Shown here: one piece after another, positions 13,301 through 26,500 of the stretch
Layout of the letters: each line of letters begins with the position of its first letter
Numbering within the stretch: position 1 is the stretch's first letter
Assembly: GCA_000708835.1 (NCBI GenBank)
Contig: DF237257.1
Location: 41,885-105,884, forward strand
From: Klebsormidium nitens
Taxonomy: Eukaryota; Plantae; Klebsormidiophyceae
Length of the DNA: 64,000 nt
Direction: 5' to 3'
Notes under the pieces: generated by a model
What the model was told of the DNA's origin: nothing
The model's database searches: none
Seen by the model: the letters and a program-made list of their open reading frames with translations, nothing else
Position numbers and translations under genes: made by a program

Positions 13301-15877
13301 AATGATAGTGTAGCCGTCCGAAGCCCGTCCGTACCTTGTGCACCCTTTCGATGTTCTTGTCCTTTTCGGACACCAGCGCACACAGGTCCTTCAAGCGCCG
13401 CCGCAGGCCGACGGCTTCACTGCGGATTGTTTCCACGTGGCGCTCGTATACGGCGGACAGGCGTTCAAAGGAGTGGCCCCGATGTCCCTGGGAGGAGAAA
13501 GAAAAGCACTTCGTAACGTGACCTGAGAAAGTGTTGGCCTGTGATTTGCTGGACTTCGTGCTCTAGGCAGAAATGTCAAATATGGAGCGAGATATTTATG
13601 GACGTCAACACAGCGACTGATTAAACTCGCAAGCAAAGAACAGATTTTGGTTGTTTGTTGGAGAGCTGGAGAAGTCATTTGATCCATCTTAAGGCATATC
13701 ACGTCAAGATATGGTCGGAGGGGGCAGCCTCCCCTGAACTTCTGTACTGATCTTAAGCCTGGTCCCCCAGCAGATTTCTAACTCATCTTTGACGAGCAGA
13801 TTCCAAGGAAGGTGTAGAAAGATAACCTCGACTGAGGACCAGCTAAGAGTTTGTTCCGGAGAGAGTCCGCTTTCGAGCAGCCGCTTGGTTGTTCTAACCA
13901 ACTGGCAAACGGTGAAAACTCAACCTACCTCGCCAAATACTGCACAATCGGAGCACACCGCCTCTGTACACGTGTTGCAGTAGTAGGACATGGGGCTATT
14001 GTGCAGCGAACAGGCCTGCAGACAAACAAAGCTTTATCTCGGAATCTTCCTTTCAAATGGCTGAATTCCGATGGAAAGTAGAAGGACTCTGTCAGCGGAC
14101 AAAAGGTGGCGTGTGCGGAGTTGTCCAGCTTTGCAGTGAGATGACCTTGTTGTTTCTTGACCATGGTAGAATCGCCTGTGCATGGATAATTCAGCTGATC
14201 TTTGCAGTCGACGTTCAAGTGCAACGCTGGTATGCGAAGCTTCCGTCTCTGCGAGTGAAAGCTCCACTCGTGTTGTTTTCCGGGCCAATTTTGTCTCCAG
14301 GTAGGGGTTCATAAGGAAGGCTTACCTTCTCTTGCACCTCTGCCGCTCCGGTCCTCTGCAGCTTCTCTAGTTCCTGCAAAGGCGAGACCCGCTGATGATA
14401 GGTACTATCGAAGGATTTGGCGACATGCAATTTAGCAAATTTTGATTGTGCCTGCACTTGAGCTTGGTCACTTGAGAGACCCTCAGATTCTAGCTTCCAG
14501 AAATCAGAGGACTCAACATTGATCAGCACTCTGTACCAAAGGATGATACATCGCAGTATTGCGTAGGAAAAGACAGACTGCTGCTTACAGTTGAGAGGTC
14601 AGCAATGAAGCGACAATTGACTAGCTGGGAAACTCGCAGTGAGGCTCGGCAGTGGGGACATTGGGGCCGCTGGTCCATCAACCACCTCTGCAACAAACGG
14701 GGTACGGAAATCTGAATAATATATTCACTACCAGGGAGAGAATTGTTGTGTCAAACCAGATTGCAGATGGTGCGCACCAGATGGACCTTGCAGCTGATGG
14801 ATACACAGCTGAGGAACTACAGTACATGGTGCTTGACACTGGCGTGCACTGAAATGAGCAACGGCGCAGCCGACATCCGTGTCTTATCCGTCTCTTAAAA
14901 TATGATCACAAGCAAGCTTCATTTTCCAAGTTGTAGATGCATCGGTTGTTGAACCATCCTTCAATTGTCTGCAAGCAACTCAACATTCTAACACAAATGC
15001 GCTCTGGCATAATGTAGACCTATTATAAAGCATTTCTCACAGGCCCTTTGCCCCAGCCTACCTTGATGCACCGGAGGCAGCAGATTTTTGAGCAGCAAGG
15101 GCACAGCTGGGCTTCCACCACCTGCAAGCCATCACACAAACCCGTCATAAACCCTTTAGAAGCTGGCCAGGAAACCTTCAGCCTTGACTGTAACCCTATC
15201 GTTGCTGTACTTTGACCTTGGTCCACACGGCTAGTGTAGTCTGAGACCTGCCTCTTCTCTCTTGTTGTCTTTCCAATTATTGTTCAACATCAGATACTGA
15301 GCATGCAAAGGAGGGCAGCATTTGGATGAATCTTCCCAGGTGGGGTTTATCACAGTACACTTCATCGCAGAGAGCTCTGGTCATGTTTGTTGCGGGCAGA
15401 ATTACGCCAAGAGGTCGTCATAGTCAGAAAATGAAGTTCAGCAAAAATGCACAATCCTCCTTGCCAGCTCAATTCCAAAGAGCACAAAGAATCCAGGGGT
15501 CTGAGAAGGTGCCTCACCTTTCCGAGACATATGAAACACCTGAAGATTTCAGCAATGGCTGACGATTGCGCGTCCGTGGGTGCGTCAGAGTCCTCTCCAT
15601 CCTCAGGTCCACTGTCATCTATAAAGTCATCATCAGTCTGAGGGCAATCCGCTGCATCAAAGAAGGCTAATCCTTGACTGTGATGGTCCCTCATGGGTGA
15701 CCCTACATACGATGCCAACATTTCGGGCGAGTCAAAGCTAGGGGCTGGGTTCTCATTGTGGTGTCGGTGGTGCAACGGCAGTTCGTCGATCTCTGACCCC
15801 GATTCGTCACCAGCTAAACTCCCTGAGGGGGACGAGAAGTCCTCGGCGTCTTGGTCTAACCACTCCATCGCAAACAT
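7362..15877 (-). CDS. TRIM37: E3 ubiquitin ligase TRIM37 (RING, B-box, coiled coil, MATH, long disordered C-terminus), ~1291 aa
   Basis: 14 in-phase exons: 15877-15518, 15121-15062, 14687-14589, 14373-14326, 14015-13929, 13487-13335, 12997-12947, 12734-12663, 12132-11962, 11521-11321, 10989-10897, 10566-10459, 10108-9993, 9618-7362. Motifs [108 protein letters not shown] match animal TRIM37. Confidence 0.93.
10121..10184. repeat. 32-bp tandem duplication in TRIM37 intron
   Basis: AGTTGGTTAGGGAAACCGCCGCTAACCATTTC followed by a copy with 3 mismatches. Confidence 0.9.
10313..10366. repeat. Perfect 27-bp tandem duplication in TRIM37 intron
   Basis: CAAAGTTCAACCCGTGCCTGAAAGTGC x2. Confidence 0.95.
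12075..12580 (-). repeat. Tandemly duplicated 3' splice site and exon start (TRIM37 exon 9)
   Basis: CGCAG|ATCGAGGGCC recurs with exon-start equivalents at 12132 (real), 12246 and 12378, and weakly at 12576. Confidence 0.85.
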
Positions 15878-16813
15878 ACAGCGTCAGCAGCTTCCAGCTT
15901 GGCGTGTCTCTGACTACAAATCAGGAACTCTCCTGAGCAGGGGACCGCATTTTACAGTAGCATCATAAACGGCTGCACAGTGCAATCTGCTGGCGAGCCT
16001 GCAGGGAGCCCTTGTTACAACTTCAAGCTTTCCAGCTAGCAGGAACTTCGACAAGGGAGCCCTAATATAGGAGTATTTGACAGCTTCCTTTCCCAATCCA
16101 GGCGAGCTGCATGTCATTGTTGTGCTATTTATCTGGCTCTGTGTGTTGGAACAGTAGAGGGCAATTGTCTATCGTACCCTTCTGTTTACCCATGTAGATT
16201 CCGGTGTAACGTACCGAGTTTTGTCGAAAGAATTTGGTTTAACCGGGCTTTCCAGGTTCCCTCATCCCCCCTCATGCTGGCTTGAAAACGCAAACGTGTT
16301 CCACGAATATTCAGAAATGTTCGACATTCGAAAAAGGTTTCATAGCTACGGTCCAACAGCAGAGTCCAATGATCGCCTGCAGGTTCGCCCAGGAGGAATC
16401 ATGGTCCTCGATTCTGAAGGAGACATTGAATGCAGCAGGGCTCCTCATGAACATTGTGACGCTCAATTTCGCAACCTGTATAAGCGTTGGCGCCGCATAC
16501 ATGCTTCTGATGGCTGCAAAAGATGTCTTTACTGAGCCGTTGGCCCAGCTAAAAGGAGAGCTAGCTGGCAAGAGCACGTTGAAAATTAGGGTTTGGGAAA
16601 CATCGAAGTTGCAGATGCTAGTGAGCTTTAGTCGTGAGCATCAGACGTAGCTTAGAAGAACCACCGCTGGCATCAACTCGGAAGGGGCCCGTGAAAGTGA
16701 GAGCATCTGTCTTTCGCATCTAGCAGCATCTCTTGCATAGGCTTAAAGGGATTGCAGCTCCTTTAGCATCTCCCACAGAATACACCCAATCTTTTGCTGA
16801 GAGGGTGTTCAAC
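15878..16813. promoter_or_regulatory. Putative bidirectional promoter and 5' UTR region
   Basis: About 0.94 kb between divergent start codons (15877 on -, 16814 on +). No specific element identified. Confidence 0.4.
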
Positions 16814-19800
16814 ATGGCTGGCAAGCTGAACGACCTGCGGACTCCCAGCTTTGGGAGTCCCAGGCTTGACCCTGCTTTCGAGCTCTCAGCTCAATCAGAG
16901 TTTGTGGACGGGTCCACCCTGTACGACTCGCTGAAGCAGCAGCCTCGAATGCTCTTTAATTCAGACTCTGACAACCAGTCTCGCGGACGCCTATCCTCTT
17001 TTGCTGGTAGCAGAGACAGGCTTCTCTCCAAGGGCCGGGAGTCTACACCACTGGAGGTGTCTTTCCAGAATGATGATGTCATTGGGGTTGCTCACAGACC
17101 AAAGAGGTTTGCTTCCAATCGCACGCCGGAGCTGCACGATACTCAACCGACTCCAACAAGCAATGTGGCAGAGTCAGAGGCGGATATGATCACGCGCCAG
17201 CGGCTGGTTTCACAGAAGTTGCTCGGGAAGAAACCTTCCAAGGGCCCTCCTGGTGTTCAGCAAGAGGCAGGGCAGCTGACTGAGCACCTACTCAGCTCCC
17301 AGTCCCCTCCTCCAAGTAAAGCCAGCTTCAGCAATACGAACTGGCAGGCGGATCAGATACTCATGTCCCAACCAGAGCTGACATCAGCGCCAGCCACTGG
17401 TCCCCAGCCTGCCAGGCAGGAATTCACACCCGTTGGGCCAGGCGCCTTTTCGCACCCCAACCCTCAGCTGCTCCAGAATCTGCTCATGGCTCAGATGCAG
17501 CAACAGCAGTTGCACCCCATCTACTGGCCATACCTGCAGGCGCACCAGTACGCACCTGTACACACTAGTCAATCCAGTACACACCAGTACACGCCTCCTT
17601 TTCCTCCCTGGCCCGCACCTTCCGCCCCAACGCACTTCAATAATGCAACTAGACCGAGTTTCAAAGCTCCCCCCAACCAACCAGAGACTGAGCTAAGGTC
17701 AACAAGCACCACGAAATGGGAGCCCGCCAGCAAAGAAGGCAACTCGGACACAGGAGAGGAAGGCGCGCCGCTAGAGGCCTTGAGCGATCTAGTGGCAAAG
17801 GAGCGGGCAAGTCAGGAGCTCATTGCTGAGCTGAGAAGTGCGTTAGAGGAGGAGAGGCAATCGAAACAGATTGCGGAGAATAAGAACAGGGGCCTGGAGG
17901 AAGCGCTGGCGGGAGCGAGATCTAGGGAGCGGGAGCTAGAAGACCAGGCAAGTCAATGTGGTCAATTTGAAGTTCTTAGCATTGTAGGTTGGCAGTTCTG
18001 TTTGTTTGATTGACATTGCTTCGCTCAATCTTGGGTATCTGAAAATCGAGACAGAAGACAAAACCTGTGAAGCATCGAAACTTGCAGACTGAAGTACCGA
18101 GGCAAGCTGACAGCCTCCCACTTGCGGCTGCGCAAAACTTTGATACGACGTCCCTTTCTCTTGACAGCTCTCTCACGTGAATGTCTGATCATGATCGGAC
18201 ACCCGCTTGCTTTGGAAAAAGTGGACGGGCAACTTAGGAGATCCGCACCACGGTTTCTTGCTACGCTGGTCTTGGCATTTGCTCTCGAACCTCGTGATCA
18301 TCACTTTCGGAGGCTGATGCGTGGGGGCAAAAATGTCTAATCTTGCCAGAGGTCTCTCTGCTATCACCATCGAGTCAAAGTGTGAAACGTGGCAGGTCAA
18401 CTCCTCGTCCTCTGCAGGTCGTCGAAGCTGTAGACCGGGCCCGTCGGTTCGAGGAGGAGGGCCGCCAAGCAAAGCATCGGCTCAAGGAGGCAGAGAAAGA
18501 ACGAGAGGCGGCACGCCGCAAGATGCAGGACGATGCAGAGAAGCTGGTGCGCCTGGAGCGGAAGGACGTGCGGCTGGCTGCAGAGATTGAGGAGATTCAG
18601 GTGAATGCCCCAGAAGTCCTTGGAATGTGAAGTGTGCTTCTCCTCTCGAAATTTCTCGACACGGAGCCAAGACGAGTGAAGCTCGACACTGAAAGGAATG
18701 CGATCTAGTGAACCGCGTCAACAGCTTCAACCAAAAGAATGGCCTTGAACCCCTCAGGAAAATTGGCAAGTTTTACGTCAAACGTGCTTTACAAAGGAAA
18801 CCCTTCGGCAAATGAATCGGTGAACCAAATGGGCTTTCGATTTGGCGCACCCAAGCGACATGCGCGAGCAGACTTGAGTATTGAACCAGCAATTGCTTCC
18901 ACCGTTCTCTCCTCTTCGAGCAGCGTCTGATGCGGCAAAGCTTGTGCTACACAAACGTAAGCCTTTCAACTGTGGACAGATACATCGAAGCAAGATGTGC
19001 TTGAATGAGGACATATGGACGTGAAGCCCACGCAAGAACGCATACCTCGAAAACCCTCAGTCAGTGACATATCTCTTCCTAAGGGAGCACGTCGACGATT
19101 GGTAAGAGACGAGCACGCGAAACGGACCCCCGACGCAGAGGCCTTCTGAAGCTTCAAGCATTCTTTCGGAAAATTGAAACCCTCCAGCCTCTCGATCGAG
19201 TCCACTTCGAAGTTTTAAGGCTTGCTTCCGAAGCCGGGGGCACAAGCCGGGAACTTCTTGAGAAGTAAAGCCTTCATTCTGAAAGAAAATCCTGTAAGTC
19301 GAAACTTATGCTAATCCCTTAATCTCCACCAGGCCCGTGACCAGGCAGAGCTGGAGGCCCTGTTGGAGGAGCGGCGGCGGCTGGATGGCGACCTAACGGA
19401 GCTGCGCAAGCTGCCTGTGGTCACCGAGCTGCTCCGGGAGGACAACGAGGCGCTGCGGGCGCGGCTGCAGCGTGCGGAGAAGGACCGGGCGAATCTGCAG
19501 GAGCTGGTGGGCGGATTCCGGCAGAGCACAGCGGAACTGGAGCAGGCCAGCAAGTAAGGAACGGTTCGGAGAGGGGGCTTTTGGGGCGTCTCGGAACAGT
19601 CGAACCGATTTCTGATTTCTACTTCACCTATGATAGGCGGAAGATGAAGAGGCCTTAGGTAGACCAATCGTATAATCTGGCATATCTAGACAATGCATGT
19701 TCGACTGTTTTTGGGAGACTCTGGACCGTTTGCTGACGGTGCTCCGAAAATTTTGAGATTTCACAGGCCTCGTAAGATCCCTCCCCGCCGGAACTTACTC

Positions 19801-22070
19801 TCGGCGGCCTGTTATGCAGGCGCGCCAACGGCGAAAACGAGGCCCTGCGCAAGGAGTGCAACATGCTGAAGCTGCAGATCGCCTCCAAGGACACTTCAAT
19901 CTCGCAATTACAAGTGGCGCTCTTCGCTGGTCGGGAAGAGCGAACCGACTTGTACCACAATCTTCGGAAACTAGAGGAGGCGGCGCACGCGATGGAGGGG
20001 TCCGCGGCCCCGAGCCGACGCGGCAGCTTCGGCCTCAAAAGCTACAACCCTCAGGGGGAGTCTTTGTCAGCTGCCAGGCGATTGGAAGCGTCGTTTGATA
20101 GCCTATCGTTCGGTCCAGACTCGTTTGACAAGGTTGGACTGGAAACGGGGAGCGAGACACAGGGTGGACCAGCTGATATGGGCAGGTTAGGAGGAGAAAG
20201 CAGCTCAATGGCCGCGCCTGAACCGGTTCCGTTGATCTCCAAGACGGAACGGAATGCGAACCCGAAGCACCGGGAAAATGGGCCGGGCCCAGAGACCCTG
20301 CCCCCAGCTGGTGTGTTTTCCCCGGTTGGTAGAAACCGGGCGCAGCAACTAGCGGGGGATGATATGCGCCGCAGCCTCACGATGGACCAGGAAACTGACC
20401 GGGGCGCCGTGAGTGGATCCCGGCAGGCTGAGCGGATTCCGGCGGGAAGCGAGCGGAGTCCGGCGGCAAGCGGGAAGGTGCCAACGTCAAACGAGAGAGC
20501 GGGGCCTGCGAACGCAAGAACAGCATCGCCCAGCGAGCGGAATGCGCTGGGAGGTGAACGGAATGGCGGAAGAGCGGACGGCCCCGACTTCGGTAGAGGT
20601 GTGTCCGGCTCGGAGATGAGGACAATGGACAGGCGCCACGTGGCAGAGCCTCCGGAGAGCAGCCGCGGACAGGCCCCCACTGTCCGGAAAGAAAGTCCGG
20701 ACCGTTTCGCCACTCAGTCACGTGACCGCCCGAACAGCCCACAACGGACAGTGACTCCGCCACGATCGGCCACAGCGGAACGGATCGTAGCCAGCGGAGC
20801 GGATCGCCGACACGGCCCGGTTGATTCACCCGAGAGCGAAGTTCTTTCTAGCCAACCTAGCCTGGGGAGTGCGAGGGATCCCCCTCGGGCGCGCGAAGTT
20901 GTGCCGTTCGCGACTGAGCAGTCGTTGCGGGAGGCGATGGAAGAGACGGCGGCGATAGAGAGCAAGCTGATGGAGGTGTCACTCGAACGGAGTCAGGTAC
21001 TGGTCTCATATCGCAACCGACCCCTTCATCGGAACGGGTGTGAGTTCTGGATAGTTAGTGTGTTTCGAGTCCTTTGAAGCAGCCCTATGGAAGGTAATGC
21101 CCGGTTCACATGCGTTCTCAACTTCGCTGGTTTTGAGAAACACGTGGGCAAATTAGGCGTTCTTTTCCCTTTGCAAAACTCCTCGTCCGGTTCCCACAAT
21201 TAGGCAGTTTTAGAATTTAGTCGAGTTCCAGCAAGATTCGGTTTGCGATACTCGGCAAACACCGACATCGGTTTTGCTCGGTTTTCAAAAGTGGTGTTCA
21301 TATGCGTCCGAATCTCTGGGAGCTGCCACGTCGGACAAAAACGGCCTCACCATGCCAAAACGGACGTACGCGAACCGGGCATGAGACGGTCGTTGCAGAA
21401 CGAGACAAAGTATAATCGTTAGATTCGTGACTTTCTTGTTGGTTTACAGTATTCACAAACGTCATTCTTGGACCCAAAAGCTTGCGACACGTGGCAACTT
21501 ATCGACTTTGGGCTTCGTCTTCCAACTTACTGTACTCCTTTTTATCGATTCAAAACTGATAACGCGGCCCTCTTTTCTTTAGAAAGACTTGGAATCTGGT
21601 TTGCTCGAAGGATAGGTACGGGGACTAAACAAAAGAGTTGCGGGCCGTCATGTAGAGGGCTTCTTCCCATGTTGGCGGTCGAACGGCATCGACTAGCATG
21701 GAGCTTTGTTGAGCGAGTCCTACTCGCAAAGAAGCTCAGTCGATTGATTTGTCAAGTAGTGTCTCACCTCCTGTCCGAGGACCTACCAACGTCAATACGT
21801 CCTTTCTTTCACAGTCGAAGGCATCTCTGAGCAGCCTTTTGAATCTCAAAAGAACGAAACCTCAAACCGACAGAGCGTGGCTGCTCGTTAAAGGCAGCGG
21901 TCTGCGATTTGCAGCTGGAGTCCGAGTATGCCAAGCTGCCCCAGTCCGCCGGCCGCACCATGACGGAACGGCGGCGGAAGCAGGAGTTGGAGGGGCGGAT
22001 CGAGGACCTGACCAAGAAGATCGGCTGGCTTCGGATGGAGCTTCGGGAGCGCCACGTGTTGCACAACTGA
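16814..22070 (+). CDS. Coiled-coil protein with MPHOSPH9 (MPP9)-like C-terminal motif
   Basis: In-phase exons 16814-17947 (GC donor CAG|GCAAGT), 18418-18600, 19333-19553, 19820-20996, 21915-22070. Gln/Pro-rich N-terminus, E/K/R-rich heptads, Ser/Arg/Pro-rich disordered region. C-terminus EETAAIESKLMEVSLERSQLESEYAKLPQSAGRTMTERRRKQELEGRIEDLTKKIGWLRMELRERHVL*. Start codon uncertain; family assignment is from recall of the MPP9 C-terminus. Confidence 0.75.
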
Positions 22071-23546
22071 GGAAACGAACCATGCGAGCAGCACTAGAAC
22101 GTTAGCCGTTTCGTTCGTTTCAGAACAGCCGGTCCGACCAAGTGGCCTCACTCTCATTAAAACATGCGAGGCTTGCATTGCCTTGAGGCAGGCCCGTGTT
22201 GTCTTTGTCGAGGGACCGTCAGAAGTCCGCTCTCGTATGATTGAAAGGCGATTGAGGCTTGCCAACTTGCAATCAAAGTTTTGACTACATGCTCCGTGTG
22301 AATGATGCATACATTCTACTACCACCAGTTGCAAAAGTGCGCGGTCCATGTATCCATGTAGCTCAAAATCAGACACACATGCGCAGCAGAGTCACGACAT
22401 GTGATGCAACTGGCGCACTGCTTTGATACTTGTATGAAGGTGCCGGCCAGCTCCAGTGACGCGTTAAAGGGAGACTCACTTTGATCCACAATTTGTGGTA
22501 GACCGCCTAGACTAGACCAGAGCTCAGAGCTGGCACCGGCGCCTCATGCATGAGCGGATATGGACTTATATATATACATGTCGGATGGATCTTGCATCTA
22601 GACATTTAGTAACACATCTGCAGGCCAGCCAGACTCGATCATCGATGGCATCGACCGAGTGGATCGCGAGTATACGGCATGTGGACACGTACTTTATCTT
22701 CATGCAAGTTAATAGCGCTATCGTCATGAGCTCTTTGATTATTTGCACGACAAGTACAACGATCGGGGCAGAACGTCCCAAATGATATATAGTATGTACC
22801 ACATGCAGTGGCGCATCCACATGTGCCGGCCGCCGCTGCCGGCCTATTAGTAAGTAGTTCCTATAGGGCACGATCATGCAATATAGTGACCATGGTCACG
22901 CGCTTAGATTTATGAACCCTGAGCCACAGCATGAGCTATTGGGCAACGTTCGCCAGTGAGACTGCATGGGGTACTTCACTTATGATCGATTGACTCTACA
23001 GCTGCCCGGCCAGTCACGCTAATCTGCGATTGCGCCGGGTGGTCGAAGACACTGAGGATGTATCAAACAACTGAGAAGGTCAATACATAGAAGAAGAGTC
23101 GACATTGAGAAGCGTTTTATAGATTAACATGAATACATAAGATTTTGCTACGTGTCTGCTTTGACTGCCTTCATTGTTCCGACAAACAAGTTCTACACCT
23201 GGAAACCTATACTAGTCCCATTGACTGATATGACAGAAGACACGAGCTTTGTCCTTTTGGCCGGCCAAGAACTCTACTTCACCGCACCATCTTTAAAAAA
23301 TGCATATATTGGAGGCTACGTATACAAGATCGCCCCGAGCCGCCAAACGCGAAAGCGTCAACCTATATGCACGAGCCCAGCTAACAGACTCCCAGCCAAC
23401 ACACCGGCTTTTCACACCGCTCATTGACCACGAGACACTTTTTCAATTGGCGTTCCCCGCGCGTGCATCAACAGCCTAACCCGCCGCTTTACTCTACAAC
23501 GAGTTTTAACGCCCGAAAAGACGGGACCCAACTCGATACTTTATTG

Positions 23547-26500
23547 TTATGACGAGTTTGCGTCGTGCAACCGGAGGACGACGGCGCTCATGGACGGGCG
23601 CTCCTCCCCTTGCAGCGATATGCACTGGTACGCAAGCGCCGCAATCTTGAGCACGGAGGCGCGCGTCATGGAGCCCTGGATGCGGGGGTCCACGATTGCA
23701 AGGGTGCGGTCGGGATCCCGCAAGTGCGGCCGGGCCTGCGCAAAACAAATGGACACGGTTTAGGATCGGATTGTCAGGCTTTGATCAGGCGTGGAGAGAT
23801 ACTACGAGCTGAGAGGCTTTACTTTCACGGACTGATTAGCCACTTGAATTTTTTTAAAAAAGGGCCTGCACAAGATTCACGTAAACTGCGCATCTCCTAA
23901 AGAGGCAACGCAAATACTTTGCTGCGGTCTGGAACCGCATCCATGTGCGGAGAGGGGTACAGACGATCCAAAAAGGGAAAAAGAAGAGCTGGACTCACCC
24001 ATTTGGCGAGGCTGCCGTCAGCGGAAGGAAGCGTCTGGTCGATGGGCTTCTTCCCGGTCAGCATCTCCAGCAACACCACTCCAAAAGCGTAAACGTCGGA
24101 CTTTTCAGTCAACCGCTGACCCTCGTAGTACTCGGGGTCAAAGTAACCTGCGGAGCAACAAAAGCAGGCTTAAAGGCTGATCGATGCTCAAAGGAAATCG
24201 CTTGGAAGTCCCTGCAATGCCCTTCCTGGACACTTCATTGATGGACCGGCTCTGGTGCGTCCAAAGTGGGCTTCGCGAGTGCCTCCAAATCCCCCGTAAG
24301 GACCACAAACAATTTCGCACCTACTTCGTCTGCCAATGTTGATATGCAAAACAACTTCAACTGCGGCGATCACGAAAGAGTAACGGAACAGCCTCTGTTC
24401 GTACAGCTCGCAAAGCTCTGCCAGCATATACTCCAAACATTCCACGCTCGAACGACGCACCTGGCGTCCCCCGCACGAAAGTTGACGACGCGGGCTGCGA
24501 CGCATTAGTGAGCGCGGCCTTTGAGAGCCCGAAGTCGGCCACCTTGGCGTTCCAGTCCTCGTCGAGCAGGATGTTGGAGCTCTTGATGTCCCTGCAACCA
24601 CGTTCATTGCCAATAAGTTTCCGCCCCTGTTGCAGCTCATTGAATGTGGCCTGACCTCAAGTCCAGAGGTGATCAGCGAAACGGAGCCTCGAAGCCGAGA
24701 GTCGAGAAGTCTTCCAGTAAAGTCAAGGCAAGTTGGCAGAATTTACCAAGACTTTTTATCTGCGAAGTTGCAGCCTTGTCTCTTCTCGCCCTAGATCTCA
24801 GTCTGGAGTTCACGTATATTTCAAACGAAGCTTGGCTTTAGGGTTTCCTGGTTTTAGGAGGAAGTAGAATAGTAGCGCACCTGTGGATGACAGGTGGCGT
24901 TGCGATGACGTGGAGGTGGTCCAGGCCCTTGGCAGCACCGATGGCAACCTCCAGGCGCATCCGCCACGAGAGGGGCTTGTGGGGGCCTGGCGGTCAGGGA
25001 ACAACAGGTAGGGTTTGTTAAGCAAAAAAGTGAAGGTTTTCAAAAACGAGGAACCCGCACGTAACGAAGACAAGAGACGGAGAATCACGCCTTGAAAGCG
25101 GAGAACGCGAATACCTGGTTGTACAAAGCGAAGGCAGAAAGAAGCAAGCCTCGCGCCCGCATCTGGGGTTCAAGAGGCTTACCAGAAGGCGTGAAGCAAC
25201 GCAGCGAGTCCAAGAACAGGCCTCAAACTATCTCAAAGACACTCTTTAACATGCTGCGCGCATATCGTAGTCAGCTGTTATCAAAAACAGACACGACCAG
25301 AAATCTACTTTGGCCGGCTTACCGCGGAGGTGCTGCGCGAGGTTCCCGTTGGGCATGTACTCGTAGCACAGCAGCTGCTCCTCATCCGTCGCGCAGAAGC
25401 CGATGAGGCGAACTAGGTTGGGGTGCTTCAGCCGGCCCAGGAGCCGCACCTCGTTGATGAACTCGCGCATGCCCTGCTTGGACTCCTTCTTCATGCGCTT
25501 CACTGCGATGAGCGAACCGTCGTCGAGAAGACCTTTGTAGACCTTGCCGAACCCGCCGCCGCCGAGGGCGCCCTGCGGATGGAAAGGCCAGGAAAGATGA
25601 GGACGTGATATAACACGCTTACGGTGAAACGATCGAGATGCCTAAACTCTAAAACTTTAGAAGCTCAGAGCTTTGCTCCGAGAACTCTGATCGGTTCTTT
25701 TCTAAGAATCAGCACATTCGTTGGAAGCAGAGAAAAAGACAAACGTCAGCAAACGAGACGGGAAGCGACTACAACCGAATCTGACTTTGATAGATTACTA
25801 CAACCGAGCCTGAGTTGTCCACATTGGCATCGACTTACATGCAAGCGACTTCCTATTGCTCGTACTTCGGGACTTAGATCTATCAGAACTGTCTCTTCTC
25901 GTCTCAACTGGCCTGGGATTTCGCAAAGATTTTGAATGGACAGGTGTGTGCTCACGTTCTCGTTGAAGTAGTCGGTGGCCACCAGGATCTCGCGCAGTGT
26001 GAAGCTGCGGCTCGTGACTGTCTCTCCGGCAAACGGCATCGCCGAACCGACCGTCGATGTACTGCAAACCAAGCAAAATCCGAATCGTGGGCACGAGAAA
26101 GGATCGCCAAAACTGAACGAGACTAGCGGCTTGAGAAGCAAATACACAGAGCCACTCCCTTTTGATCGGAACCGAAGTCGCTGCTAGAGCTTAGCAGTCC
26201 AGAGCGAATCGCGGACATTGCACCTCGCGCCAACAACCACTGATACTGCGACTTGCAGACAATCAAAGCAATTTGATTGGTAACATTAATCAACCAAACT
26301 CCCTTCCCATCCTCTCGGAATAGCTCCAAAATGATGATCCTTACGAAGAAACGGTCTTGCCCCCGTGAGTCCCGGTCAGACCCCCGCTCGTCTGTGCGCG
26401 GTCGTGGCTGGTCGAGCGGTCGGAACTCGCCGTCTTGTCGGCGTAGTGCAGCTCTCCGCTGGATCGTTCGGACGAGCGCGAGCTCATGCCGGACTCTTTG

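Noticed and set aside
16221-16730. Overlapping ~100-aa ORFs upstream of the coiled-coil gene
   Set aside because: No recognisable motif or in-phase splice link; probably 5' UTR or intron.
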